Source of the DNA: Deltaproteobacteria bacterium RIFCSPLOWO2_12_FULL_60_19
GTDB lineage: Bacteria; Desulfobacterota; Binatia; UBA9968
NCBI GenBank assembly: GCA_001798595.1
Contig: MGSS01000051.1
Span: 6,270-70,269 of the forward strand
Length of the DNA: 64,000 nt
Direction: 5' to 3'
Within the stretch, counting starts at the first letter, position 1; each line of letters begins with the position of its first letter. Below, in pieces: positions 39,416 through 49,333 of this stretch. The notes beneath the pieces are model-generated. The model was not told the DNA's origin and did no database searches. It worked only from the letters and a program-made list of their open reading frames with translations. Position numbers and translations under genes: made by a program.

Positions 39416-40533
39416 TCACTTTCTAAACCAGGGAATGGGGTCCAAGGGCTTACCGTCCTTGCGGATTTCAAAATACAGCCGGGCGCCGGCGAGCGAGTCG
39501 CTGTCCCCCACCTGGGCGATCGGTTCCCCCCGGCGCACCGGCTCGCCCGGTCTTTTCAACAACTCCGAGAGATGGGCGTAGAGCGTGTAGTACCTCTGGC
39601 CGTGATCGATGATCATCATCTTGCCATAGCCCGAAAAACGGTCCGCGAAGATGACTTTGCCGCCCTCGACCGCCTTGACCTCGTCCCCCAACGACGCCTC
39701 GATGTCGATGCCTTTGCGGAACAGCTCGGCGGCAAACTCCGGGTGGCGGGTCTTGCCGAAGGTCCCTACCAGAGCGCCCTTGACCGGATAGTCCAACCGC
39801 CCGCGCATCGTCTCAAAGCCGGTCCCGGCCGGGACATCTTTCGAAATCGCCGCCGATTTGCGGTTCATCTCGTCGATCATCTTCTGGAGCTTCAGGGCCG
39901 CCTGTTCCAGCTCTTTGAGCGCCCTCTGGCGCGATTCTTTTTCGCGCCGCAAGCCGGCTAGCACCTCTTTTTTCTTCTCGCGCTCAACGCGGATCGATTC
40001 CTTGATCTCGATCAGGCTCCTTCTCTGCCGGTCCACCTCCGCCCTTCTCTGCTCCAGCTCTTTTTTTATCGCCAGCTGGCGCTGCGACTCGTCGCTCAGC
40101 CGGTCGACGAGCTTGCGGTCGTAGGCGAGCGTCACTTCCAGATAGCGCTTGCTCCGCATCAGCCCGGCCACGGAGCCGGCGCCGTTGAGCAGTATAAAAG
40201 GGCTGCCGCCGCGCTGCCATTTGTAGAGCGCCCGCGCCCGTTGTTTCAAAAGTTTCCTCCGGTCCCCGAGAGAACTGAGGAGGCGCTTCGCTTCCTCCTC
40301 TTTTTTCTGCAGATTCGCTAGAATCGTTTCGAGGATCGCGTTGACCTTCCCTAAGTCCTTTGTCTTTCGGTCGAGGCTCTCGTCGATCTTCGCGAGGCTC
40401 TCCAGGACCGAGCCTTCCTGCCGCTTGACCTTGGCGATCCCCTGCCGCTCCTTCTCGATCTTTTGTTTGATGCCTCCAAGCTCCCGCTCGACCGCGGCGC
40501 CACGCGCGATCAAGGGCAAGAGCAGGCTCATTG
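39416..40533 (-). CDS. envC: Coiled-coil M23 peptidase-domain protein (EnvC-like murein hydrolase activator)
   Basis: Long coiled-coil N-terminal region followed by an M23 domain (DHGQRYYTLYAHLSE). Lies downstream of ftsEX. The start is ambiguous (40533, or further upstream through the AT-rich element). Confidence 0.65.
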
Positions 40534-40626
40534 CAAAATGAAAAATGCAAAATGCAAAAGTTAAAACGGGTTGGAGTTTCCGTCTTTCAATTTGAATTTT
40601 GCACTTTGCAATTTTCATTTTACACT
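40531..40626. repeat. AT-rich heptad palindromic element, copy B
   Basis: TGCAAAATGAAAAATGCAAAATGCAAAAG ... CAATTTGAATTTTGCACTTTGCAATTTTCATTTTACA. Confidence 0.7.
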
Positions 40627-40647
40627 CGCGCGTCTTCGGCGCGCGCA

Positions 40648-41553
40648 TCACCATCTCTTGAGAAATCGGCGCAACGAGAGCAGGCTCCCAAGCGTTCCCA
40701 TCACCCACCCCAGGCCGACCAGGAGCAACAGGCTGTCGGGGGCGAGAAACTGAAGCTGCGCGCGCTCGGCCAGGATTCCCAACGAAGCCGGGAGCTGAGA
40801 AGTCAACGAGACAAAGAGCTGCCACAGACAGAGCACGGCGAGCCCCGCGCCAAGCAGCCCCTGCACCATCCCCTCGAGCACAAACGGCGCTTTGATCAGC
40901 AACCGGCGCGCGCCCACGAGCTGCATGATTTCGATCTCGTCTTTGCGCGCGAGGATCGCCAATTTCACCGTGTTGCCGATAATGAGCAACGTGGCGGCGA
41001 AGAGAAAGCCGCCCAGCACCCATTGCGCCCACTGAACTCCGAGCAACACCAGGCCGAACTTTTCCATCCATTCTTCCGGATATTCCACCTCGCCGATGCC
41101 CTTCTCCGCGCGCAGCCGCTTGACCACCTCCGCCAAGGCGCCGTGGCTGCGGTAAGCCGTCTTGAGTGTGATCTCGAGCGAGGCGGGGAGGATCTCGGCC
41201 GAGAGCCCTTCCAGCACGCCCGATTGGCTCCCCAGCGATCTTTTGAACCCGTCCCACGCCTCCTTCTGCGAAACGAACCGCGAGCGCTCGATCTCGGGGT
41301 ACGAGTTCACGCGGGCCAAAAGAGACTCCGTGTCCGCCGCGGGAACCGAAGTCTCGAGATAGGCGAAAATCTGAATCCGGCTGCCCCAGCCCTTCAGCAA
41401 ACCCTGAAGATTTTCTTGAATGAGCAGGAAGCCGCCGAAAATGAACAGCGTCACCGCCATGGTTCCAGACGTCAGAAGGTGCGTCCAGAACACTTCTCTA
41501 AAGCTTTTAAGAACGCGACGGACGATAAACGCAATCTGAGCCCACTTCATCAT
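40648..41553 (-). CDS. ftsX: Cell-division ABC transporter permease FtsX
   Basis: 4-TM FtsX topology with a large periplasmic loop. Start taken at MMKWAQIAF. Confidence 0.8.
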   Translation of the reverse strand: MMKWAQIAFIVRRVLKSFREVFWTHLLTSGTMAVTLFIFGGFLLIQENLQGLLKGWGSRIQIFAYLETSVPAADTESLLARVNSYPEIERSRFVSQKEAWDGFKRSLGSQSGVLEGLSAEILPASLEITLKTAYRSHGALAEVVKRLRAEKGIGEVEYPEEWMEKFGLVLLGVQWAQWVLGGFLFAATLLIIGNTVKLAILARKDEIEIMQLVGARRLLIKAPFVLEGMVQGLLGAGLAVLCLWQLFVSLTSQLPASLGILAERAQLQFLAPDSLLLLVGLGWVMGTLGSLLSLRRFLKRW

Positions 41554-41554
41554 T

Positions 41555-42235
41555 TCAAACGCCCGCCGGACATTCCTTGCGGCCGCCGGCCACACGGCCT
41601 TGCTGGAGCAACACAACCCGGTGATGAAAGCGCTCGAGCAGCCCGGTGTTATGGGTCGCGACCACCACGGTCGTGCCGCGCTGGTGCATCTGCGCGAACA
41701 GTCTCATCGTCTCGTCCGCCATTTCAGGGTCCAGGTTGCCGGTCGGCTCGTCCGCCAGCACCAACAGTGGATCGTTGACCAGCGCGCGCGCAATCGCCAC
41801 GCGCTGCTGCTCGCCGCCGGATAGGGCGGGCGGCTTGGCATTGTGGCGGTCCTTAAGCCCCAACTCGCGCAGCAGATGGAAGGCCTTTCGCCGGCTCTCG
41901 CGCCGGGCCATTCCGACCACTTCCGCCGCCAGAGCGACGTTATCGAGCGCCGTGAGCCGCGCGAGCAGCCGGAAATCTTGAAACACCAGGCCGATCTCCT
42001 GGCGCAGCCGCGCAACTCCCTTGTTGCTGAGCCGCGCCACGTTGCGGCCGTTGACGACCACCTGGCCGTCGGTCGCCTCTTCTTCCCGGAAGAGCAGCTT
42101 GAGCAGCGTCGTCTTGCCGGCGCCGCTCGGACCGCTTAGAAAAACGAATTCGCCCTTCTCGATGTCGAGTTGGATATCCGTCAGGGCGGGATAACTAGGG
42201 GGGTAGATCTTGGAAACGGTAAAGAGATGGACCAT
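41555..42235 (-). CDS. ftsE: Cell-division ABC transporter ATPase FtsE
   Basis: Walker [10 protein letters not shown]. Signature [14 protein letters not shown]. Walker [10 protein letters not shown]. Confidence 0.85.
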   Translation of the reverse strand: MVHLFTVSKIYPPSYPALTDIQLDIEKGEFVFLSGPSGAGKTTLLKLLFREEEATDGQVVVNGRNVARLSNKGVARLRQEIGLVFQDFRLLARLTALDNVALAAEVVGMARRESRRKAFHLLRELGLKDRHNAKPPALSGGEQQRVAIARALVNDPLLVLADEPTGNLDPEMADETMRLFAQMHQRGTTVVVATHNTGLLERFHHRVVLLQQGRVAGGRKECPAGV

Positions 42236-42354
42236 TCAAGGATGAAGCTATCAGCACTCAGCCTTCAGCGAAACCCCATTTATAGCTTGACATGTACCTG
42301 GGCCGCTGTTAGAGTTCGTCAAACTCGCGGAATAGATTAATTTATTTATAAAGT

Positions 42355-44622
42355 ATGTTGAACCAACTTACAAGCAACGCTTCAACAGCGCTAAAACCTT
42401 CGCATCCCGGAATCGACCGCTTCCGGATCGTCTTGATCAAACCCTCCAAGTACGACGACGACGGCTATGTCATCCGCTTCTGGAAAGGCGTCCTGCCGAG
42501 CAACACGCTTAATGTTTTGAATGGACTCACGCAGGACGTGATCCGGCGCGGCGTTTTGGGCGATCTCAAAATCGAGGTCGTGACTTTCGATGAAACGGCG
42601 GAAAAGCTGCCGGTCAACAAAATCATCCGCTGGAGCCGCCGGAGCGGCCTCAAGCTCGTCGTCGGATTGGTCGGCGTTCAGACCAACCAGTTTCCTCGCG
42701 CCCTGGATCTCGCGCGGCAGTTTCGCGTCGTGGGAATCGACGTTATCATGGGCGGCTTTCACACTAGCGGCACCGTCAACATGCTGGGGGCCGACGAGCC
42801 GGATATCCAGGAGCTGATGCGCGAAGGCATCACGGTTGTGTCGGGTGAGGTCGAAGGTAAATGGGATGGCATTCTGTCCGATTGCCTGCATGGGCGGCTG
42901 AAGCCGCTCTACTCCTACGCTTACAACCTGCAAGATCTCGTCGATATCAGCGATGCGCCGCTGCCCGTGACCAGCCGAAAGACCATGAAACACTTTGCCG
43001 AGCCGGCCTTCGGCACGGCGGATACCTCGCGCGGCTGTCCCTTCTCCTGCTCGTTCTGTACGATCATCAACGTCCAGGGGCGCAAGATGCGCGAACGCAG
43101 CCCCGAGAGCATCGTCGAGCTGCTCAGGCGGAATTACCGCGAGCACGGCATCTCGTTCTACTTTTTCACCGACGACAATTTCGCGCGTAAAAAACTCTGG
43201 CGCGAGACCTTCGATGCGATCATCCGCTTGCGCAAAGAAGAGGGAATCAAAGTCTCCTTCATGATGCAGGTGGACCTGGCAAAAAAACCCAAGGAGTTTG
43301 TCCCGCTCGCGGCAGAGGCGGGATGCACCCAGGTCTTCATCGGCATGGAGAGCGTCAACCCGCAGAACCTCAAGGCGGAAGGCAAAGCGCAGAACAAAGT
43401 CGAGGAATACCAGGGTATCATTAAAGAATGGCACGATGCGGGCGTGGTCGTCCACACCGGCTACATCGTCGGCCTTCCCTGGGACACGAAGGAGCAAGTC
43501 GGGAAAGATATCCAGTATCTCCTGGATATCATCCAGCCCGACCAGGCCTCGTTCTTCATGCTGACCCCTCTTCCCGGCTCACACGATCATAAGGAGATGA
43601 AAGGACGCGGCGAGTGGATGGATCCGGATTTCAACAAGCGGGATTCGTTCCACGCCACCATCAAGCACCCCAACATGACGGCGGAAGAATGGACGGAGTC
43701 CTACCTCGACGCGTGGAAGACCTTCTACAGCAAAGAGAACCTGATCCGCATCCTGTCGCGCTGGAAGGATAATCCCAAGGTCTATTGGAACCTGATGGCC
43801 GTCTACTTCTGGTACAAAAACGCGGCCCTGATCGAGAAAGAGCATCCCATGATCGCCGGCTTTTTCCGGCTGAAGGACCGGCGCGCGCGGCGGCCCGGCT
43901 TCGCCGTCGATCCTCTGTGGACGCATCTATGGAAGCGCAGCAAAGAAGTCATCCAGCTTTTCATCGCCTGGGCGAAGTTTGTCAAAGAAATGGAAGAGGT
44001 CTGGCTCCAGACCCGCAGACGAAGCGAAAAAGAGGAGCGCTGGCTCCAGGAGATTCAAAGAGTCCAGGGCGAAGTCTGGCAGACGCTTCGCATCGCCGAG
44101 TGGCAGAAACTCTATACCGACGCCAAAGCGGCGTTGCCCGTCAAGGCCAAGGCGCTGCTCGACCCCTTCGAGGAGATGTGCTCGAAGGTCCTGGTCACGC
44201 CCAAAGATTTGAAGGCCTTCTTAACACAATGGGAACGCGTCCAGAGCCGAATCCAGGAGCTGCGCAGCCAGCTGACTCCGGACGGCGAGGCCGCCCGGCG
44301 ATGGCTTGACGAAATGGCGAAGCTTCAGATGAGCGTCAGGCTGGGAGAGAAAATCCAGGACTGGCAGGAGGCCTATGCCCGGCTAAGGGACAACCTTCCC
44401 GCGCAAGTTCACCTGCTGCACGCGAAATTTGACCTGTTGACCAACCGCGCGGTCTATTCCCGCCAGGAACTTCAACAGTTCTGGACGGAAACCGTGGATC
44501 ACGTTCGCGCCTTGAGATGGTGGCAGATCCGTCCCTTGAAGCTCATCGCCAACCTGGCGCGGGACTTCTTCCTCACCACCTCCTTCGCCGTCAACTTCAA
44601 GTCGGCGAGGAACCCCGAATAG
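42355..44622 (+). CDS. B12-binding-domain radical SAM protein with long alpha-helical C-terminal extension (DUF4070-like)
   Basis: N-terminal cobalamin-binding Rossmann region (RIVLIKPSKYDDDGYV). CPFSCSFC (CxxxCxxC) radical-SAM cluster motif. About 330-aa helical C-terminus. Confidence 0.7.
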   Translation: MLNQLTSNASTALKPSHPGIDRFRIVLIKPSKYDDDGYVIRFWKGVLPSNTLNVLNGLTQDVIRRGVLGDLKIEVVTFDETAEKLPVNKIIRWSRRSGLKLVVGLVGVQTNQFPRALDLARQFRVVGIDVIMGGFHTSGTVNMLGADEPDIQELMREGITVVSGEVEGKWDGILSDCLHGRLKPLYSYAYNLQDLVDISDAPLPVTSRKTMKHFAEPAFGTADTSRGCPFSCSFCTIINVQGRKMRERSPESIVELLRRNYREHGISFYFFTDDNFARKKLWRETFDAIIRLRKEEGIKVSFMMQVDLAKKPKEFVPLAAEAGCTQVFIGMESVNPQNLKAEGKAQNKVEEYQGIIKEWHDAGVVVHTGYIVGLPWDTKEQVGKDIQYLLDIIQPDQASFFMLTPLPGSHDHKEMKGRGEWMDPDFNKRDSFHATIKHPNMTAEEWTESYLDAWKTFYSKENLIRILSRWKDNPKVYWNLMAVYFWYKNAALIEKEHPMIAGFFRLKDRRARRPGFAVDPLWTHLWKRSKEVIQLFIAWAKFVKEMEEVWLQTRRRSEKEERWLQEIQRVQGEVWQTLRIAEWQKLYTDAKAALPVKAKALLDPFEEMCSKVLVTPKDLKAFLTQWERVQSRIQELRSQLTPDGEAARRWLDEMAKLQMSVRLGEKIQDWQEAYARLRDNLPAQVHLLHAKFDLLTNRAVYSRQELQQFWTETVDHVRALRWWQIRPLKLIANLARDFFLTTSFAVNFKSARNPE

Positions 44623-44769
44623 CCGCTTTTCCGTCAACCTCGACCGCAACGCAATCAAATTTCCTTCCGGGCGATAGCCAGGGCCGCGCGCGCGAGGTCG
44701 ATCTTGTCGTCGGGAAGTTCGACAGCCTCGCGAAAGATCTTGTGGCCATCATCGCTCATTGATTGTCCC

Positions 44770-46545
44770 TCACCGCGGTTCCGAGATCACATCGACCAGC
44801 GCGGGAAGATTTTTCTCCTTGACGAACTTGAGCGCCCGCTCGATGGCGGGTCGCACATCCGACGGCTTTTCGATCGGGCCTTCGGCGTGAACTCCGAAGC
44901 CTCTGGCCACCGCGGCGTAATCGACCAGCGGCTCGCTTACGTGCGTGCCGATGCCGGCGTTCTCCACCGGCCGTTTGCGGAACTTGGCGAGCTCGATGCC
45001 GTGCTCTTCGGAATTGTAGAAGGACTGGTTATTGTGCATGACGATGAGCATCGGAATCTTGTGCTTGGCCGCCGTCCAGAGCGCGCTTGACGTCATCAGC
45101 AGATCGCCGTCCGCCTGAATGTCCACACAAAGCTTGCCGCTTCCCTTCATCGCGAGCGAAGCTCCGATGGACGCGCTCATGCCGTAGCCGACGCCGGCGC
45201 CGCCGCTCGTGCCGAGATGTTGTCGCGGCTTGGTAAAATCCCAGAGCCGCCGCACCCAGCCGTTGGCGCTGCCGTTGACCAGGATCCAGTCTTCCTTTTT
45301 GATCGCCTCGCCCAGCTCGTAAGCGAGAAAGGCAGTTGAGACCGCCTTCTGTCCGGCTTTGGCGCGCGCGTCGGTGAGCCATTTGGACCTGAGATCTTCG
45401 TGCCGTTTTTTGATCTCGCCAAAGCGCGCGTCGATCGCGGCTTTTTTGTTGCGGTCGTTGCCGAGCATCTCCCGGCACAGCCTCGTCAGCTCCGGCACGA
45501 CGACGGAGCTGTCGGCCGAGATCGGCACATCCACCGCCTGCAAAACCTGATAGTCGCCGCACCAGCTTCTGACCAGCATATCGGCGAGCGTGACGTGGAT
45601 GATCTTGGCCGGGCCGATCACGTATTCGGAGACGCGAGTCGTCCGGTTGACGCGGGTCAGAGAGCCATAGAGATCGACGACATCGAGCCCGAGAATCACG
45701 TCCGCCTTTTCCAGCAACTCTTTCGCGCCGTCGGTCACGTCCAGCGGATGGCCGTTAGGAAAGTTCATGCGGTTCCCTTTGTCGATGACCGGAATCGCCA
45801 GCAACTCGGCCAAACCCACCAACGACGCCATCGCCGCCGGGTTGCGCCCGAACATGTCGGCGACGATGAGCGGCGCGTTCGCTTCGACGAGAAGCTGCGC
45901 GGCCCGGCGCAGGGCTTCCGGATTCGCTTGCATCGGTGCGGGCGGCGCGTAGCGGCTAATGTCGGGAATGTCGATCCCGCCTTTGTACGGATCTTCCTGG
46001 AGATCGGCGTCGTAGTTGATGTAGATCGGCGCCATCGGCTCGGTGGTCGCGATGCGGTAGCCGCGGATGAAAGATTCCGGCACGCTGGCGAGCGTATAGG
46101 GCTGATCGTCCCATTTCACGTAGTCCCGCACCTGATTCCCCTGGACCAGAGCGGTGTGAATCCAGTCGATCCTCGGCCGGCGGCGCGTCGTATCCATCGG
46201 CCCCGTTCCGCCCAGGACGATAATCGGCACGCGGTCGCACCAGGCGTTGAAAATCGCCATGCTGGCGTGCTGGAGGCCGACGATGTTGTGGACGATGGCG
46301 ATCATCGGCTTGCCCTTGGCCTTGGCGTAGCCGTGCGCCAGCGCGACGGAAATCTCCTCGTGAAAGCAGAAGATCACCTCGGGCTTGTAGTTCCCGCCGT
46401 AGTTGACGATCGAGTCGTGGATGCCGCGAAAGGTCGCCCCCGGATTGAATGCCGCGTACTCGATGTCGAACGCCTTCATCAAATCGACGACGATGTCGGA
46501 GCCGTATTCCGGCCTCTTTTTTTCCACTGGCGCTGTCTTAGCCAT
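44770..46545 (-). CDS. Thiamine-pyrophosphate-dependent enzyme (acetolactate synthase / sulfoacetaldehyde acetyltransferase-like)
   Basis: 591 aa. TPP N-terminal (Pyr), central and C-terminal (PP) domains. GDG-x24-NN-like motif region (ADGDLLMTSSALWTAAKHKIPMLIVMHNN). Confidence 0.7.
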   Translation of the reverse strand: MAKTAPVEKKRPEYGSDIVVDLMKAFDIEYAAFNPGATFRGIHDSIVNYGGNYKPEVIFCFHEEISVALAHGYAKAKGKPMIAIVHNIVGLQHASMAIFNAWCDRVPIIVLGGTGPMDTTRRRPRIDWIHTALVQGNQVRDYVKWDDQPYTLASVPESFIRGYRIATTEPMAPIYINYDADLQEDPYKGGIDIPDISRYAPPAPMQANPEALRRAAQLLVEANAPLIVADMFGRNPAAMASLVGLAELLAIPVIDKGNRMNFPNGHPLDVTDGAKELLEKADVILGLDVVDLYGSLTRVNRTTRVSEYVIGPAKIIHVTLADMLVRSWCGDYQVLQAVDVPISADSSVVVPELTRLCREMLGNDRNKKAAIDARFGEIKKRHEDLRSKWLTDARAKAGQKAVSTAFLAYELGEAIKKEDWILVNGSANGWVRRLWDFTKPRQHLGTSGGAGVGYGMSASIGASLAMKGSGKLCVDIQADGDLLMTSSALWTAAKHKIPMLIVMHNNQSFYNSEEHGIELAKFRKRPVENAGIGTHVSEPLVDYAAVARGFGVHAEGPIEKPSDVRPAIERALKFVKEKNLPALVDVISEPR

Positions 46546-46737
46546 CGATGTCCTCCCTTTTTGTCGGCCGCTGAAAAAGGCCCACCTACTGCGTTGCGCT
46601 TCGAATCGCCTCGCTCGACGTACTGCAAAGAGTACGCCTGCGCTCGGCCGTTGATTTTCCGCGCGCCTTGTGGCTATCTCAACTTGGACCTTTTTGAGCG
46701 GCCTAAAAGAATTTAATTTCCGACTATGTTCATCTCC

Positions 46738-46880
46738 GCCGGCCCGCCTGGGGGTCTCTCGGAGGGCCTATGCGTGGGACGCGAAGTGCCAATCGTATCT
46801 CCCGGCTACTCCCATCCTTTAGGAGCAGCGCAGCAGCGACGTATCGCATAGGCCCGGAGGGAGATTCCCAGGCGGGCCGG
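46738..46880. repeat. Long imperfect inverted repeat (36-bp arms, ~70-bp spacer)
   Basis: CCGGCCCGCCTGGGGGTCTCTCGGAGGGCCTATGCG versus the reverse complement of CGCATAGGCCCGGAGGGAGATTCCCAGGCGGGCCGG. 14 + 9 terminal bp are identical. The centre is G:U-compatible. Confidence 0.65.
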
Positions 46881-46899
46881 GTCATTGTCAAACTACATC

Positions 46900-47805
46900 C
46901 TAATCTTTCTCCTGCAGCAATCCTCTCTGAAAAAACAACTCCAAAGTTTCCAGCAAATCCCCTTCTCTGCCGCCTGTCTCCGACGGTTTTCCGCAATCGA
47001 GCGACGCGATCTGCTCCAGAACCTTCTGCGTCGCCGGAGCGATCACCGCTTTAAGTCCGTGGTGATGGAAAGTCGCGCGCAGCTCGCGCATCTCCTCCGC
47101 CCGCCGACCAGCGTGGACCGGCAGCGCCGCGATGCTGCGGCCGACCTTGCCCACGAGGCCGGGGAAACTTTCTTCGTAGCGCCGCATGATCTCCGGCAAC
47201 AGGTCGAATTTCCTCGCGCCGACCAACAGCTCTGTGAGCAAACCTTGCAGTCCTTTGGTCAACCCGGCGTAAACGACCTTGAAAGCCGAGGCCTGCCCGG
47301 TCGCTTGCCCGAGCACCTCAACCGAGAAGCCGGAATCTTGCAGCCCGCGCAGCTCTTCCGCTCTGGGACCGGACACGTAAACGGTGGCGTCGGTCAATTT
47401 AGCCGCCGAGCCGATGATACAGCCGTCGACGAAGCTCGCCTCAGCCGGCGCGAGAATCCGATCGATATCGCCGGCGGTCATGGGAGAGATGGCGTTGGCG
47501 TCGAGATACAAACAGTCTTTCCTTCCTACCTTTAGGAGCGCCTTGGCGACCTGAGCGGCGACCTTCTTTGCCGCCGATGGAACAACGATTGAAACTATCA
47601 GATCGGCCTCCGACACCAGCCGCGCTATCGGCGCCGACCGCACGCCGGCATTCTCCGCGCGCTTTTGTGTGATCTCGCTCCGTCCCCTGCCGGACGTCAT
47701 CACCTCCACACCGCGCTCCTTCAACAGCCGCGCCCAGTGATACCCCATCTCGCCAATGCTCAAGATCCCCACGCGCTGAAACGCCATAGGCCCACCTCCG
47801 CTCAA
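46900..47805 (-). CDS. NAD(P)-binding Rossmann protein (DUF1932 / ProC-like dehydrogenase family)
   Basis: RVGILSIGEMGYHWARLLKERGVEV NAD-binding motif. 6PGDH-like helical C-terminus. Confidence 0.5.
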   Translation of the reverse strand: MSGGGPMAFQRVGILSIGEMGYHWARLLKERGVEVMTSGRGRSEITQKRAENAGVRSAPIARLVSEADLIVSIVVPSAAKKVAAQVAKALLKVGRKDCLYLDANAISPMTAGDIDRILAPAEASFVDGCIIGSAAKLTDATVYVSGPRAEELRGLQDSGFSVEVLGQATGQASAFKVVYAGLTKGLQGLLTELLVGARKFDLLPEIMRRYEESFPGLVGKVGRSIAALPVHAGRRAEEMRELRATFHHHGLKAVIAPATQKVLEQIASLDCGKPSETGGREGDLLETLELFFQRGLLQEKD

Positions 47806-48842
47806 TTTTGCTCGTTGATCATGTCGATCATCTGCCTTAAGCGGCCGAAGTCTCTGCGGTTGAACGGGACCAGCAGACGGGGATACGAGAGCGTGTCGGG
47901 ATCGTCGGACTCCTCCGGCAGGGCCTCGGTCCTCCGAATGTCGCCGCCGGTCAAGAGATCTTGAAAAGCGTCGTTGAGTTTGGCCACCAACGCCTCGGTG
48001 GGCGGCTGCTGCACGCGAATCACAAGATCCTGTTTGACGAAGCGATAGGAGTGGTAGTTGCGGTAGAAGTTTTTGATTTGGGCGACCGCCGCGGCGACAT
48101 CCTCGACGATCTCAAACAGCCCCAAATCCTGCGGCGAGATAAAACCGGTGTCGAGCAGCCGCCGCTTCAGAAACGATTCCCAGTCTCTCCAGTAACCTTT
48201 GCCCGGCAGATCGACGAGCAGGATCGGAACGACCTGGCTCTTTCCCGTCTGGGCCAACGTGAGCGCCTCGATAGCCTCGTCATGCGTGCCGAATCCTCCA
48301 GGAAAGAAAACGAACGCGTCCCCTTCTTTGACGAAGATGAGCTTGCGGGTAAAAAAGAAATGAAAGGTCATGAGCTTCGGGTCGCCGGCGATAAACCGGT
48401 TGGCCCGCTGGCGGAAGGGCAATTCGATATTGACGCCGAAGCTTTTTTCTCTTCCGGCGCCCTCATGGCCGGCGGCCATGATCCCGTCGCCGGCGCCCGT
48501 GATGACCATGAAGCCTTCTTGGATCAGGCGGCGCGCCATCTCGGCGGCCATCTCGTAGTAGGGTTCCCCTTTGCGAACCCTGGTTGAGCCGAACATGCTC
48601 ACCTTGCGAACCGAGCGATAGGGCGCGAAGATCTCAAAAGCGTGACTCAACTCCTTCAGCGCGCGAACCAGAATCTTCAAATCTCCCCGGTCCCGTTCTT
48701 CTCCGGAGAGCTTGAGAATCTTCTGCAGCATCTCGACGACGAGGTCGTCGTTGGGAGAGCCTTGCCGGGTCAGAAGCCAATCCTGGAGTTCGCGTGCAAC
48801 GTTGTCCGGGATTGCCTTTTCCCTTTTGATTGCGCGGGCCAT
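47802..48842 (-). CDS. LOG-family protein (TIGR00730 Rossmann fold, nucleotide 5'-monophosphate nucleosidase-like) with N-terminal extension
   Basis: MFGSTRV...AAEMARRLIQEGFMVITGAGDGIMAAGHEGA...PGGFGTHDE are LOG family signatures (GxGxxG, PGGxGTxxE). Confidence 0.6.
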   Translation of the reverse strand: MARAIKREKAIPDNVARELQDWLLTRQGSPNDDLVVEMLQKILKLSGEERDRGDLKILVRALKELSHAFEIFAPYRSVRKVSMFGSTRVRKGEPYYEMAAEMARRLIQEGFMVITGAGDGIMAAGHEGAGREKSFGVNIELPFRQRANRFIAGDPKLMTFHFFFTRKLIFVKEGDAFVFFPGGFGTHDEAIEALTLAQTGKSQVVPILLVDLPGKGYWRDWESFLKRRLLDTGFISPQDLGLFEIVEDVAAAVAQIKNFYRNYHSYRFVKQDLVIRVQQPPTEALVAKLNDAFQDLLTGGDIRRTEALPEESDDPDTLSYPRLLVPFNRRDFGRLRQMIDMINEQN

Positions 48843-48918
48843 ATCTCCAAAGGTCTATGGCACATCCGCGTAGAAAATTAAAGGAGATGGAACCATCGGA
48901 CGGGCTAACAATCGGTTC

Positions 48919-48944
48919 TGGTGCCCGGAGCCGGGGTCGAACCG
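48919..48944 (-). repeat. 26-nt exact copy of the 3' end of tRNA-Leu (candidate att site / direct repeat)
   Basis: TGGTGCCCGGAGCCGGGGTCGAACCG is identical to 50743-50768, the 3' end of the intact tRNA-Leu. The sequence diverges immediately after. Confidence 0.7.
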
Positions 48945-49096
48945 ACGAGTAAGGCAAAGTTGATCATGCGGTTTGATTGATGCGCCGCTCCAGATCCCGC
49001 ACGGACTCCAATACGTTCTGAATAGGCGGGTTTACATTGAATCAACGCTCGGCCAATTCGCGGAACAACGAGTGCATCCAGTCCACGGCTTCACTT

Positions 49097-49130
49097 TCTG
49101 TCAGAAAAACTACACACTTTTTCTGACAAA
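49097..49130. promoter_or_regulatory. Palindromic operator-like site (13/14-bp arms, 8-bp spacer) upstream of the islet ORFs
   Basis: TTCTGTCAGAAAAA-CTACACAC-TTTTTCTGACAAA. Confidence 0.45.
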
Positions 49131-49333
49131 ATTTAACACGCGATACAAGGCTAAAACCGTCGTTACGGTGAGACTGCCATTACAGGCCACTGGTTCGCCT
49201 TGACACGGACGCCTGCCTCCCCTACGATACAGGGCCATGACACGAACCACACCATCTACCAGACGAGGCACGCTCGAAGGCGCCATCTAATAAGTGGTCG
49301 TTATCAAAGGGTTTTTAGTATTCAGGCTGAAAG

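Noticed and set aside
40531-40765. Short ORFs such as MQNEKCKMQKLKRV... and MEFPSFNLNFALCNFHF...
   Set aside because: Translations of the AT-rich heptad repeat (poly Lys/Phe/Ile/Gln codons). The same applies at 58924-59016 and 62609-62733.
39416-41257. 613-aa ORF apparently fusing EnvC with an N-terminal extension
   Set aside because: The N-terminal ~240 aa are an Arg/Gly-rich alternative frame of ftsX read across the AT-rich repeat. The real envC most likely starts at or near 40533.
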